Shown: positions 53,601 through 62,332, numbered from the stretch's first letter. The stretch is DNA of 64,000 nucleotides from Acidobacteriota bacterium (GCA_965217775.1 CBDCJH010000002.1:2496001-2560000); one strand, 5' to 3'. Notes: generated by a model not told the origin, from the sequence alone. Numbers and translations: made by a program.

Positions 53601-56600
53601 TCGATGGTGCCGCCGTTGAGCGACAGGCTGTCGGCCGCGATGCTCACTCCGTTGGCGTCGACGTCCCCGGGGACCACCCGGTAGCGGAACAGCACCTCCT
53701 CGTCGGTGACGCTGTCGTAGTCCGCAGTTCGGTCCTGGTCCCCCACCCTCAGCGTCAACTGCGGCGTCCCGGTCACGAAGACGTCCTCGCTGAAGGTCAC
53801 CGTCACCTCGATCACGTCCCGGATGGCGTAAGTCGAATCCGATCCCGCGTCCGACGTGATCTCCAGCTTGCTGACCGTCGGGTCCCTCGTATCCGGGATC
53901 GGGACGTCCACCGAGACCCGGGCACTGCGGCTCGGCTCGCCGCCGTTGATCACGGCCGCCACCTGGTAGACGTAGGTGGCGCCGGCGGTCACGTCGGTAT
54001 CGACGTAGGAGCGGCTTGAACTGTTCTCGGAGAGGATCTCGACGGTGGTTCCGGAGGTGCGGTAGAGGTTGTAGGTCACCCCAGTGACGGCAGACCAGGT
54101 CAGCGTAACCCGACCCAGCGCGGGGGTCGCCATCAGGACCGGGCCGGCGCGAATCTGCTGGCCGAACTCCTGCCAGGTAGCCCCGCCGACTCCATTGGTG
54201 TCCACGGAAAGCGCGGGGTACTGGCTGGACGTCCCGAAGTCCCAGGGGGCGTCGTTCATGCCGTCGCCGTCCAGGTCCCGGTTCCATTTCCGATAGATGC
54301 CGGTGTAGACCGTGGGCGCCTGCAGGTTCGCCGTGGTCTGGCCTCGGCCGTACGATACAGTGGTCGGTCCCGAGGTCTCAGTGTCCCAATAGCTGTTGTT
54401 GATGTTGCCGCCGCGGGTGTTGTCTCCCACCAGCCCGCCGATGGTGCGTCCGCCCGAGACCAGACCGGTCGCGTAGCTGGCCTTGACGTCACCACTGTTC
54501 CAGCCGACCAGGCCACCGACGGTGCGTCGACCCGAGACCCGACCGGTTGCGTAGCTGACGTTGACGTCACCGGTGTTCCGGCCGAGCAATCCTCCCGCCT
54601 CGGTATCCGCCACGACTCGGCCCGTCGCGTAGGCGGCGGTCACCTCGCCACTGTTGGACCCGGCGAGGCCGCCGATGCGGTCGTCTCCCGTCGCCTGCAC
54701 GGTGGAGTAACTGGCCGACGCGGATCCAGCATCCAAGTTGGCTCCGACCAACCCGCCGATAATGTCGTCGCCGGATACTTTGCCCGTGGCGTAGCATCCG
54801 CTGACGGCGCCGCCGTTGGACCCGACCAGGCCGCCGACGTTGTCCGTTCCCGTCACCAGGACAGCAACCATCTCCAGGTTCCGGATGACGGCGGAGAACC
54901 CGGTCACGCCGAACAATCCGATATCGTTTTCGCTACTGTCGATAAACAGATTGGTGATGGTTCGACCGTTGCCCTCGAAGATCGCACCGAAGCCGGAGAC
55001 GCTGCCGGATGAGTCACCGATGGGCACCCATCCGGCGCCATTGTTCCAGTAGGCGTCACCGGCGTCGGCCTCACCGCTGCTGTCGGTGTCGAAATCCAGA
55101 TCGGCGTTCAATTCATAGCCCACACATCCGAGCAGGCCGCCGCAGGCCAGGACGTCGCCCCCGTCGGGGAACGCCTCGGCATGGACCGCGTCAGAGTTCC
55201 GGCCGGACCCGTTCAGGTCATGACGGACGGCATCGAGCTGCGCCAGATGACTGATTTCGATGAGGCCGTCGTCGTCGGTGTCGTAATCAACCGTCGTGGT
55301 GGAAAGAACCGTCACCCGGAACTGCTGAGTCGTGCTCTGGTTGGACCCATCGTCGGTCGCGGTCACCGTGATGGTCGTGCGGCCTTCGGCGACCGGGATG
55401 ATCGTCACCCGCGTCCCCGAAAGAGTCACCCGGGCGACGCCGGTGTCCGAGGAGGACACGGCGTAGATGATGGTGTCACCCTCCGGATCCTGGAACGCCC
55501 CACCCAACTCCGTCATCGCCGAGTCTCCGACGAGCAGCACCCGGCTCCGCAAGGCGTCCACCACCACCGGACGTTTGTTGCCGACCACCGTCACCGATAC
55601 CATGGCGCTCCGCGCGGCTTCGCCGCCGTCCACCACCGCCACCACCTGGTAGACGTAGGTTTCGCCGCCGGCGAGGTCGGTGTCCGTGTACTCGCGCACG
55701 GTGAGGTTCTGGGCGATGGTCTCGAGGTTCTCGCCGCCTCCTCGGTTCACGGTGTAGGACGCACGCGGCGCCGGGGTCCATGCACTACTCAACGGCACTT
55801 CGGCCCATTCCAATTCGATTTGGCCTTGTCCGGCAGTCGTCGTCGGTGTCGCGGTCAAGGTCGGCCCGGACCGAAGCTGATAGCCGAATTCCTCCCACGT
55901 CGCATCGTCATCTCCATCCAGGTCCGCCCTGAGGGCCGGGTACTGGCTGGACGTCCCGAAATCCCAGGGGTCGTCGTTCACATCGTCTCCATTGACATCC
56001 ACGTTCCAGCTTCGGTAGATGCCGCTGTAGCTCGTGGGCGACTGCAGTTGCGACGTCGTCCTGCCCGAGCCGGGTGACCCCGATCCCTGCCCTGACGTGC
56101 GCGTATCCCAGTAGCTGTTGCTGACGGTCCCTCCCTCATCGTCTCCCACCAACCCACTTTTTCTGCTGCCACCGGAGACGCGGCCCGTCGCATAGCTGGC
56201 ACTGATCATGCCCTCGTCGTAGACGTGACCGACCAGCCCGCCGGCAGGCGAACCATCAACGCTGCCGGTCGCGTAGCTGGCCCTGATCGTTGCCCTTTGG
56301 GACGGCGTCCCGATGGTGCCGACGAGTCCGCCGGCGGGCGCCCCCGTGACCGGACCCGTCGCATAGCTGGCACTGATCAATCTGCTTCGGTGGTAACCGA
56401 CCAGCCCGCCGGCATCACGGTCCGACGTGACCCGGCCCGTCGCATGGCTGGAGACGACGAAACCGGCGTTGTAACCGACCAGCCCCCCGACGTGAAGCTC
56501 CCCAGAGACTTGTCCCGACGACCGGATGCCGATGAGAAGGCCTTGATTCTCCCCGACCAGTGCACCGGCAGCCTCCGTGCCCGACACGTTCACGTCGCTC

Positions 56601-59600
56601 AGCGTGACGTCGCGGACGACACCGGACCGGCCGATCCTGCCGAACAACCCGGAATATCCACGACCCGCAACGAAGAGGTTGCTCAGGGTGTGTTGGTTGC
56701 CGTCGAACCTCGGGTTGAAGAAAAAGTCGACCTCGTCGGTGGAATCCCACCCGATGGGCTCCCAGCCGTCGCCGTCGTTCCAGTAGTCGTCGTCCGAGTC
56801 GACCGCCCCGTCCCCGTCGGTGTCGAAGTCCAGGTCCGCGAGGAGCTCATACCCCGAGCAACCGTTCACGCCGCAGCCCATCCGATCGAACGGCGAGGGG
56901 AACGCCGCCGCATACGCCGCCACGGCGCCCGCGTCGCCATTCCCGTCCAGGTCATGGCGCATGGCATCGAGCTGCGCCAGATTACTGATGCCGATGAGGC
57001 CGTCGCCGTCGGCGTCGTAGTCGTGGCCGACCTTCACTCTGAAGCGCTGCGACGCACTCATGTCTGATCCACTGACGTCGGTCGCCGTCACGGTGATGAT
57101 CGTCCGGCCTGCGGCCACCGGCGTGATCGTCACCACGGATCCCGACCGGCTCAACCTGGCGACGGATGTCAGCGACGAGCTGGCCCCATACGTCAGCGTG
57201 TCGTTGTCCGGATCCTGGAAGGCCGACGCAACCTCCACGTCCACCGCCATGGCCCCCACTGTCAGTTGCCGATCCGGCAAAATGCCCACCGCTAACGGGG
57301 GCTGGTTCGCCCCGCCGGCGGTCACCGACACTGGCGCACTGCGAGCCGCTTCGCCTCCGTCCAACACTGCAGCCACCCAGTAGATATAGGGGTCGCCGAT
57401 CGTCACGTCGGTGTCGGTGTGAGTGAGCCCGGTGAGATTCGTCCCGACGGCCTCAATGGTGGCGCCGTCGTCGCGATAGAGGGTGTAGCTGACGTCCGGC
57501 GCCGGGCTCCAGGAAGTCGTCGACAGCGCGTTCCAGCTCAGGTCCACTTGGGCCTGGTTGGCCGTCGTCGCCGCCGTCAGAGTCAAGCTGGTGCGGACCT
57601 GGTAGCCGGCCTCCTGCCAGGTCGCTCGATCGTCATCATTCAGATCCAGCGACAGGACCGGATACTGCGTCGCCGTCCCGAAATCCCAGGGATCGTCGGG
57701 CTCCCCGTCTTCGAAAACCGGGTTGCCCAAATCCACGTTCCACCCCTCGTAGATGCCCGTGTAGTCCGTCGGCGTCTGCAACTCTGCGGTGGTCTTCCCG
57801 CCCACGCCCAGCCGCACCCACTCCGTACCGTCGATCACGCCGTTGTCGTTCGCATCGTCCTCGCCCACTCCGACGCGCACCCCGGAGGTCTCCGCATCCC
57901 AGTAGCTGGACCGAGGCTTGGCAAAGCGACCACTACCGACAAGCCCGCCGACTGCCGTCGTTCCGGAGACCGCACCCGTGGCATAGCTCGCCTGGACATG
58001 ACCGCAGGAACTGCCGGCCAGACCACCGACGCCCCCGCCGCTGCTGGTCGTGGCTGCTACGGGTCCGGATTCGGTGAGGGTCCCGACGAGATCACAAATG
58101 ATGAACCCGGAATCCGAATCCGTGAGTCGAGCCCCACGGCCCGACACGTTCCCGGTGGCATAGCTGGCCTCAATGATCTGGTTCACATCGCTGACGGCCC
58201 CGACCAGTCCACCGACCGCCTCCATCCCTTCCACGTTCCCGGTGGCATAGCTGGCGACGATGGGGTTCAGAGTCTGGTGCCCCACCAACCCGCCGACCGC
58301 ATCGTTGCCGGACACATTGACCGCGGCGGAGCTGTGCCACACCTCGCCCCCGGCCCGGCCCACCAAGCCGCCCACTTCATCCTGGCCGGACACCTGGCCC
58401 GTGGCACGGCTGGCGACGGTGGGGTTCAGAGTCTGGTACCCCACCAACCCGCCGACCGCATCGTTGCCGGACACATTGACCGCGGCGGAGCTGTACCACA
58501 CCGAGCCCCAGGTCCGGCCCACCAGGCCGCCCACTTCATCCTGGCCGGACACCTGGCCCGTGGCGTGGTTGTCAAGGGTCGCCACGTAGACCGCGGCCCC
58601 CAGCAGGCTGCCCACCGCATGGCGCCCCGTCACGTCGGCGCCGGCCAGGCTGACGCCACTGATTCTGTTGCTGTCGACCGCCCCGAACAGACCGACCTCG
58701 TTCTCGGTGTCCCGGTCGATGAACAGGTTGGACACGGTCTGACGATTGCCCATGAAGTCTGCAGTGAAGGGCGTGTCGGCCTCACCGATCGGCTCCCAGC
58801 CGTCGCCGCCGTTCCAGTAGTCGTCGTCCGAGTCGACGTCTCCATCGTCGTCGGTGTCGAAGTCCAAGTCCTCCGTCAGCTCGTAGCCCGCGCATCCGTC
58901 GCTGGGACACCCCATTCCCAGAGCGCCCATGGGGTAGGCGGTGTAATACGGCATCCAGATCGCACCATCCACCAGGCCATCGCCGTTCAGGTCGTACCGC
59001 AGGGCGTCCAGCTGCGCCAGATTGCTGACATCGATAAGACCGTCGTTATCGGAGTCGTAGTCCCTGGTTCCCGCTCTGACCGTGACCGAAAAGGAGTCGG
59101 TGGCGCTCAGGCCGTCGGGATCGATCGCGCGCAACCTCACCACCGCGTGGCCCGGCGACCCCGGGGTGATCGTCACCTGTGCGTTGCTCCGCGTGATGCT
59201 CAGCCGGGCGGGGTAGCTCGATATCGCCTCGTAGGTCAGCGCGTCGTCGTCCGGATCGTCGAAGACGTCCTCCAGATCGATGTCCACTGCGTCGTCACCC
59301 GTGGCGAATGTCCGGTCGGATTCGGCGTTCTCCACGGTCGGCGCCCGATTGCGGTCGGCCGCTGCGACATCGACGGCATCCACGGAGCCGGGAGCCATCA
59401 CGATGCCGGCTCCGGAATCACGATCGACGCCGGCAGCTTCGATGTCCAGGACCGCGGCCCCGGTCGTCATTCCGGTACGGAGCTGTGCGAGGGTGACTTG
59501 GTTGGGACCACCCGCCGCCTCCAGCATCAGGGCTGCGATGGCCGTTGCGTGCGGCGCCGCGGATGAAGTGCCGCAGAACGTCGAGAAGCCGGGCGTCGCC

Positions 59601-62134
59601 GTCCTCACGCAGGTCGCAGCGGTGAGATCCGGCTTCTGCAGCAGTTGCCCGCCCGTCGAGGAAAAATTGCCGGCCGTGATCGCAGTGCCGTCCGGCTCGA
59701 AGAAGATCCGGCGCGGCCCGTCCGAATTGCTCGTGCGGACGGACTCGGTCCCGTTGAAAACGCGGCCGGACCCGGCAGCAGTGCGTACGTCGACCATCGC
59801 CACAACGACCGCGTTCTCCGCCGCTGCGTGGCCGTACAGGTTGCCCGCGGTCCGGATCCCCAGCCTCCCGTCGAAAGCGTGCACCCGCAGGTACCGGTCC
59901 GATCCGGAGGCCTTGACGACGACCACACCGAGTCCGGAGAGGCCACCTTCCGGGGAACGGATGACCTCGATCGGATCTTGGGTTCCGTCCTGGGTGTCCG
60001 TCGAGCTGGCGCTCACGTCGCCGTCTTCATTGACCAGGAACAAATCGTAATCGTTCGCTGAAGCCCCCAGCGGGTCGGCCCACTGAAGGACAATGATGCG
60101 GGCCCTGGAGCCTCTCACTTCGTTCGCTTCCGCCCCGCCACCGAAGTCGTGCCGGATGCCGACTGTCTCGCCATCCACAACCAGAGCACTTCCCGCAGCG
60201 TAGTCTCCTTCCCAGACCCCGGTCGTGCGATAGGTCAGATTGCCGTCGTTGCCGCCCGCCGAGAAGAAGAAACACCCGTCAGCGACCGCCGCATTGACTC
60301 CTTGCGTTATGATGCCGTCCTGAAAAACGGGTTCCGTGAGGTATCCGACGTCGTCGACGATGACGTTCGCACCGGCCTCGCAGAGCGCCTCGATGTTCTC
60401 CGCCATCCGGGCCTCGCCTCCATTGCCTGTCGCGAAATACAGCTCTGCTCCCGGCGCCAGGTCGTGGACGATCTCGAGCAGCGCCGTCCCTTCGTCTCCA
60501 CTGCCCTCTTGGCCCGGCAGCACCGTGACCCGGGCCGGCAGGTCGTCCGTTGCCTGCCGGCCGGCGAGCGACCGGACACCGTTTGCGATCACGCCGACTC
60601 CAATTCCAGTGCCGTCGACGTTGTGAGTTCTGCGCGCCGAGTTCGCCCGATGAGCGACGTCACCCTGCGAGGTGTTGTCCTTTTTGGTTACCGGGGCATC
60701 CGCTGCCCGGGTCCGGGAGGCGGGCGAGAGGGTCGCGGCTTGGCCGCGTGTCCTGGCCTCATCGGCGGGCCGGATCGTTCGGACCTCGTCCAGTGCGGCG
60801 AGCCTCACCACTGAGCGGAGCGGGATTTGCGCCCGGATGGCCTGGTACTTCGGTACGCTGTCGATGACGGTGCCACCCAGCTCCCGGATCCGGGTCAGGA
60901 CGGCCGGCGTGACGTCGGCCCGGATGTCCACCATCACCCGTTCATCCTTGGCTTGCGGATCCGTGGCTTGGAGACTGGCGATTCCGGCCGCCGTTGGCTT
61001 CGGCCGCGGTTTTCGGCGGGCCTCCAGAAGTTGCGAACTCACCTTCCGCTGGGCCGGCGTCCGGCGGACCTTGGCCGATAGCAGCGACCGGATCTGCCGC
61101 ACGGCCCGGGCCGGCAGTCGGCCGCCCGCCGGCTTCGTCTCCTCGCCGGCCCGGTTCGTCACCGCCGCCGCATCGCTGTCCAAAGGAGCAGGCTTGACGC
61201 CGTCCACCCTCGGGCCGGCCGGGTCCGGCAGTCCTGCATGGTTCAGGTCCGCGGCGTTTTCCGAACCGCCCTCAATCGCTCGGTCGTCCACGGAAAGGCT
61301 GTCCGCGATCGTAGGGGCAACCCCAAGTCTTCCACCCGTGACTGCCGCGCGGAGTTCTTCCAGCGAGATGTTGTGGACGCCACCGGCCGCCTCCAGGGTC
61401 AGGGCCACCAGTGCCGCGACCTGGGGAGGGGGCGCCGAGCTGACGCAGAAGGTCGCGAAATCCGGATTGGCCGCAGTCACGCACGTCGCTCCGGAGAGAT
61501 CGACGTTCGGCCCGGCCGAATCCCCGGTGGTCGAGAGATCGTCCGCCAGCGGCGACGGGTCCGGATCAAATTCGCCTCCCCGGACCTTGGACTTGGCTTG
61601 CTTGCCCTTCGCAGAGACGTAGACGCAACCGTTACGGACTGCCGCGTTGACCGCTTGGGCCATGAGGCCGCCCTGATAGATCGTCTCCTGATGGTCGAAG
61701 AGGTCGTCGACGATGACGTCCGCCCCCGCTCGGCAGAGCGCCTCGAGGTTGGCCGCGAACCGCGCCGGCCCGCCCCGGCCGGTCGCGAAGTAGAGCTCGC
61801 CGCCCGGAACCAGGTCGTGGAGGTTTGCGAGGGTCTCCGTTCCGTCGTCCCCTTCTCCCGCCTGACCCGGAAGCACCGTCACCCGATCCCGAAGATCGCC
61901 CGCTGCCTCACCGGTGATCAGCGTCGCCACACCGCTTGAGAGCACGCCGATCCCGACGCCCGTGCCGTCGACACCCTGACTCCAGAGCATCGCTGCGCCT
62001 TGCCGGGCGACCGCCGGCTGCTCGGTTCGGATCGGCTCGATCAACAGAGAGACCGCCACCAGCGCCCCGAGCATTCCACGCCACCCACGACTGCGGGACC
62101 ACGACGCGATTCCTGTCAGGCGGATCCTCTTCAT
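47642..62134 (-). CDS. Giant secreted multidomain protein 2 (~4830 aa); paralog of protein 1 with 6 repeat pairs and lacking the N-terminal Ig-like domain
   Basis: Same domain order. ATG at 62134 follows GGAAGGTG and gives signal peptide MKRIRLTG...LVAVSLLIEPIR. The ORF-track extension to 62350 runs through REPs. Confidence 0.9.
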   Translation of the reverse strand: MKRIRLTGIASWSRSRGWRGMLGALVAVSLLIEPIRTEQPAVARQGAAMLWSQGVDGTGVGIGVLSSGVATLITGEAAGDLRDRVTVLPGQAGEGDDGTETLANLHDLVPGGELYFATGRGGPARFAANLEALCRAGADVIVDDLFDHQETIYQGGLMAQAVNAAVRNGCVYVSAKGKQAKSKVRGGEFDPDPSPLADDLSTTGDSAGPNVDLSGATCVTAANPDFATFCVSSAPPPQVAALVALTLEAAGGVHNISLEELRAAVTGGRLGVAPTIADSLSVDDRAIEGGSENAADLNHAGLPDPAGPRVDGVKPAPLDSDAAAVTNRAGEETKPAGGRLPARAVRQIRSLLSAKVRRTPAQRKVSSQLLEARRKPRPKPTAAGIASLQATDPQAKDERVMVDIRADVTPAVLTRIRELGGTVIDSVPKYQAIRAQIPLRSVVRLAALDEVRTIRPADEARTRGQAATLSPASRTRAADAPVTKKDNTSQGDVAHRANSARRTHNVDGTGIGVGVIANGVRSLAGRQATDDLPARVTVLPGQEGSGDEGTALLEIVHDLAPGAELYFATGNGGEARMAENIEALCEAGANVIVDDVGYLTEPVFQDGIITQGVNAAVADGCFFFSAGGNDGNLTYRTTGVWEGDYAAGSALVVDGETVGIRHDFGGGAEANEVRGSRARIIVLQWADPLGASANDYDLFLVNEDGDVSASSTDTQDGTQDPIEVIRSPEGGLSGLGVVVVKASGSDRYLRVHAFDGRLGIRTAGNLYGHAAAENAVVVAMVDVRTAAGSGRVFNGTESVRTSNSDGPRRIFFEPDGTAITAGNFSSTGGQLLQKPDLTAATCVRTATPGFSTFCGTSSAAPHATAIAALMLEAAGGPNQVTLAQLRTGMTTGAAVLDIEAAGVDRDSGAGIVMAPGSVDAVDVAAADRNRAPTVENAESDRTFATGDDAVDIDLEDVFDDPDDDALTYEAISSYPARLSITRSNAQVTITPGSPGHAVVRLRAIDPDGLSATDSFSVTVRAGTRDYDSDNDGLIDVSNLAQLDALRYDLNGDGLVDGAIWMPYYTAYPMGALGMGCPSDGCAGYELTEDLDFDTDDDGDVDSDDDYWNGGDGWEPIGEADTPFTADFMGNRQTVSNLFIDRDTENEVGLFGAVDSNRISGVSLAGADVTGRHAVGSLLGAAVYVATLDNHATGQVSGQDEVGGLVGRTWGSVWYSSAAVNVSGNDAVGGLVGYQTLNPTVASRATGQVSGQDEVGGLVGRAGGEVWHSSAAVNVSGNDAVGGLVGHQTLNPIVASYATGNVEGMEAVGGLVGAVSDVNQIIEASYATGNVSGRGARLTDSDSGFIICDLVGTLTESGPVAATTSSGGGVGGLAGSSCGHVQASYATGAVSGTTAVGGLVGSGRFAKPRSSYWDAETSGVRVGVGEDDANDNGVIDGTEWVRLGVGGKTTAELQTPTDYTGIYEGWNVDLGNPVFEDGEPDDPWDFGTATQYPVLSLDLNDDDRATWQEAGYQVRTSLTLTAATTANQAQVDLSWNALSTTSWSPAPDVSYTLYRDDGATIEAVGTNLTGLTHTDTDVTIGDPYIYWVAAVLDGGEAARSAPVSVTAGGANQPPLAVGILPDRQLTVGAMAVDVEVASAFQDPDNDTLTYGASSSLTSVARLSRSGSVVTITPVAAGRTIITVTATDVSGSDMSASQRFRVKVGHDYDADGDGLIGISNLAQLDAMRHDLDGNGDAGAVAAYAAAFPSPFDRMGCGVNGCSGYELLADLDFDTDGDGAVDSDDDYWNDGDGWEPIGWDSTDEVDFFFNPRFDGNQHTLSNLFVAGRGYSGLFGRIGRSGVVRDVTLSDVNVSGTEAAGALVGENQGLLIGIRSSGQVSGELHVGGLVGYNAGFVVSSHATGRVTSDRDAGGLVGYHRSRLISASYATGPVTGAPAGGLVGTIGTPSQRATIRASYATGSVDGSPAGGLVGHVYDEGMISASYATGRVSGGSRKSGLVGDDEGGTVSNSYWDTRTSGQGSGSPGSGRTTSQLQSPTSYSGIYRSWNVDVNGDDVNDDPWDFGTSSQYPALRADLDGDDDATWEEFGYQLRSGPTLTATPTTTAGQGQIELEWAEVPLSSAWTPAPRASYTVNRGGGENLETIAQNLTVREYTDTDLAGGETYVYQVVAVVDGGEAARSAMVSVTVVGNKRPVVVDALRSRVLLVGDSAMTELGGAFQDPEGDTIIYAVSSSDTGVARVTLSGTRVTIIPVAEGRTTITVTATDDGSNQSTTQQFRVTVLSTTTVDYDTDDDGLIEISHLAQLDAVRHDLNGSGRNSDAVHAEAFPDGGDVLACGGLLGCVGYELNADLDFDTDSSGEADAGDAYWNNGAGWVPIGDSSGSVSGFGAIFEGNGRTITNLFIDSSENDIGLFGVTGFSAVIRNLEMVAVLVTGTDNVGGLVGSNGGAVSGCYATGKVSGDDIIGGLVGANLDAGSASASYSTVQATGDDRIGGLAGSNSGEVTAAYATGRVVADTEAGGLLGRNTGDVNVSYATGRVSGRRTVGGLVGWNSGDVKASYATGLVSGGRTIGGLVGDNTRGGNINNSYWDTETSGPTTVSYGRGQTTANLQAPTVYTGIYRKWNRDLDGDGMNDAPWDFGTSSQYPALSVDTNGVGGATWQEFGQQIRAGPVLMATPALGRVTLTWSAVTGVTYNLYRTSGTTVEILSENSSSRSYVDTDVTAGATYVYQVAAVINGGEPSRSARVSVDVPIPDTRDPTVSKLEITSDAGSDSTYAIRDVIEVTVTFSEDVFVTGTPQLTLRVGDQDRTADYDSVTDEEVLFRYRVVPGDVDANGVSIAADSLSLNGGTIEDGMDNEADLDHRALGTQSRHQVDGIQPELAATRGAVVTGATLTLTYTETLDSASTPPSSAFSVSGGSSSRNVSGVAVRGNAVDLTLSSAVAHWETGIRVSYTVPAGMGATPIQDRAGNDADGLSGAPVTNETADRVPPTVTSVEITSVPPDSRDVYGAGDEIEVTVTFSETVLVTGTPRVTLKVGERNRSANYESVTGAVVVFAYTVAVNDSDTDGVSLEADSLSRGTGTIRDTAGNHAVLTHTAVAADTGQQVDGIKPVLASTDGAVANGTMLTLAYGEPLDSSSVPGNDAFTVTGGNEMRMVTGVRVSGSAVELTLNPAVEHGETGLRVSYTVPTGSGATPIQDTAGNDADRLSNRTVTNVTGDTTGPTVETVRITSSAGSDRTYAVEDPIEVTVTFNETVVVTGTPRLTLNLGGQNRTADYLSVNRGAAVKFEYRVVRGDRDRDGVSIDADSLSRGGGTIRDGARNNAQLDHAAVAADSRHQVDGVPPVLATTDGAVANGTILTLAYSEPLNSSSRPAASAFTVTGGSETRTVIRVQVSGSAVLLTLNPAVTDGESGLRLSYQPGGNPIEDVVGNAADGLNNRTVTNRTGDTTGPTVETVRITSNAGSDRTYAAGETIEVTVTFSETVVVTGTPRLTLNLGGRSRTANYQDVTGAAVRFEYKVVSGDSAAYGVSLEANRLSGGTIRDGARNNAVLSHAPVAADSRHQVDGVKPTLATSDGAVASGTTLALAYGEPLDSSSVPATDDFTVTGGSETRTVTGVRVSGNAVFLTLSSAVVDGESRLRVNYEPGSNPIQDTAGNDADRLSNKSVTNRTGDPTGPAVSRVRITSSAGSDRTYVVDETIEVTVTFDETVVITGTPELTLDVGGGNRRAEYRSVSTRAVKFAYRVVTGDDDEDGMSIEANRLSRAGGTIRDGAGNDATLDHEAVAASSSHKVDAVAPVLALTDPVVVNGATLTLTYNEPLNTSSRPATSDFTVEGGNETRTVTRVRVSGSEVRLTVNPSAEYGETGIRVSYEPRSNPIQDRVGNDADAFRDQFVDNRTPDTTAPSIEGIEISSDPGTDETYAVDDMISVTVRYDETVTVDTIRGTPTLDLLVGTRRKRASAIVGSDRAAVMFVYTVEKGDEDEDGVSVPRGSIALNGGKILDLADNPAARSYEAVEAQADHKVDASVPGLEGVTVHGSRVALTYDEALDEGSTPSNSDFEVTVAGDDRTVLQVRVSGNSVILRLTSAVTAGELVMVSYTPGFNPIQDEVGNAVDGLTDRRVDPPLVTIQAKEGSETVTEGDTVEFTLTRGPPTEAPLMVSLEVTETRSMIETSGGYDPPKEVEFRSGQETATLEVLTDDDDVAESTSRVTARLQSGAEYRLGSASTQSARVTVQDNEVSTPPPPPPPPPPPPPPPPPPPPPPPPPPPPPPPPAATAPTAPLNLQAEAGNGEVTLSWKAPESDGRSALTGYEVRIDRAGEWTSIGSTDLTHTVTGLTNGRTYVFEVRAVNEIGQSPPSDAVESTPMAEEVILEFAHFGNGYSDNDVLITSDLVLVNVAESEIRPVIYFFDREGDLFEAGSVVDLGDDLEIREDGGLTPRTEIASLGELTISTHGRGEVVTGSVRVVSDGPVGGVVRFDIPGIGVAGVGASEPTADALFPARRQAGGIRTAAAIHNLGPEAVKVQCRLLKNGRVLEEGEIKLSANGQDAQFLEELFTETDTTDFVGSVRCTVPAGESFTGVAVELDAGNRIFTTLPVVPVDPDGGEEEETTLTFAHFANGTSADGTLITSDLVLVNVAASTARPAIYFYDQGGELLEPESMVEVEDHLLVREDGSLTLRTALARLGELTISTHGRGEVVTGSVRVVANGPIGGVLRFDIPGVGVAGVGASQPTVDALFPARRQAGGIRTAAAIRNLAAQRATVRCQLMSGGEALEEVDIRLNAHGQQARFIEEVFTRTDTRDFVGSVRCTALGEGLFTGVAVELDTGNRIFTTLPVVPIQR
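49346..49441 (-). repeat. Poly-proline tract (~32 Pro) in giant protein 2
   Basis: Mixed CCN codons, same position as in protein 1. Confidence 0.95.
58250..58565 (-). repeat. 159-bp (53-aa) tandem duplication of two GLUG motifs
   Basis: TGGGGTTCAGAGTCTGGT at 58261 and 58420; ATGQVSGQDEVGGLVGR...VNVSGNDAVGGLVG..QTLNP occurs twice. Confidence 0.9.
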
Positions 62135-62172
62135 CACCTTCCGGGGGGTCGGGGACAGGTGAGGATTGCGAC

Positions 62173-62289
62173 GTCGGGCACCCGTTGTGGGTGCCCGTTG
62201 TTGCCCCCCGCTGATCGGCGCAGGGAGGGCAACCACACAAGGGTTGCCCCCACGAGCCCGGGGAGGGCGACCACAAGGGTCGCCCCTAC
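62173..62289. repeat. Cluster of three GTAG-type REP palindromes in the 5' leader of giant gene 2
   Basis: GTCGGGCACCCGTTGTGGGTGCCC; reverse GTGGGGGCAACCCTTGTGTGGTTGCCCT; reverse GTAGGGGCGACCCTTGTGGTCGCCCT. Same family as the REPs near 6827 and 7069. Confidence 0.8.
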
Positions 62290-62332
62290 GGGTGTGCGAG
62301 CGTCCGCTGTTCCATCCTCTATCCGTCCACGT

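Noticed and set aside
31443-62134. RTX/T1SS or autotransporter assignment for the giant proteins
   Set aside because: No GGxGxDxLx repeats or terminal beta-barrel with an aromatic last residue seen, Sec-type signals are present, and no transporter genes are in the window.
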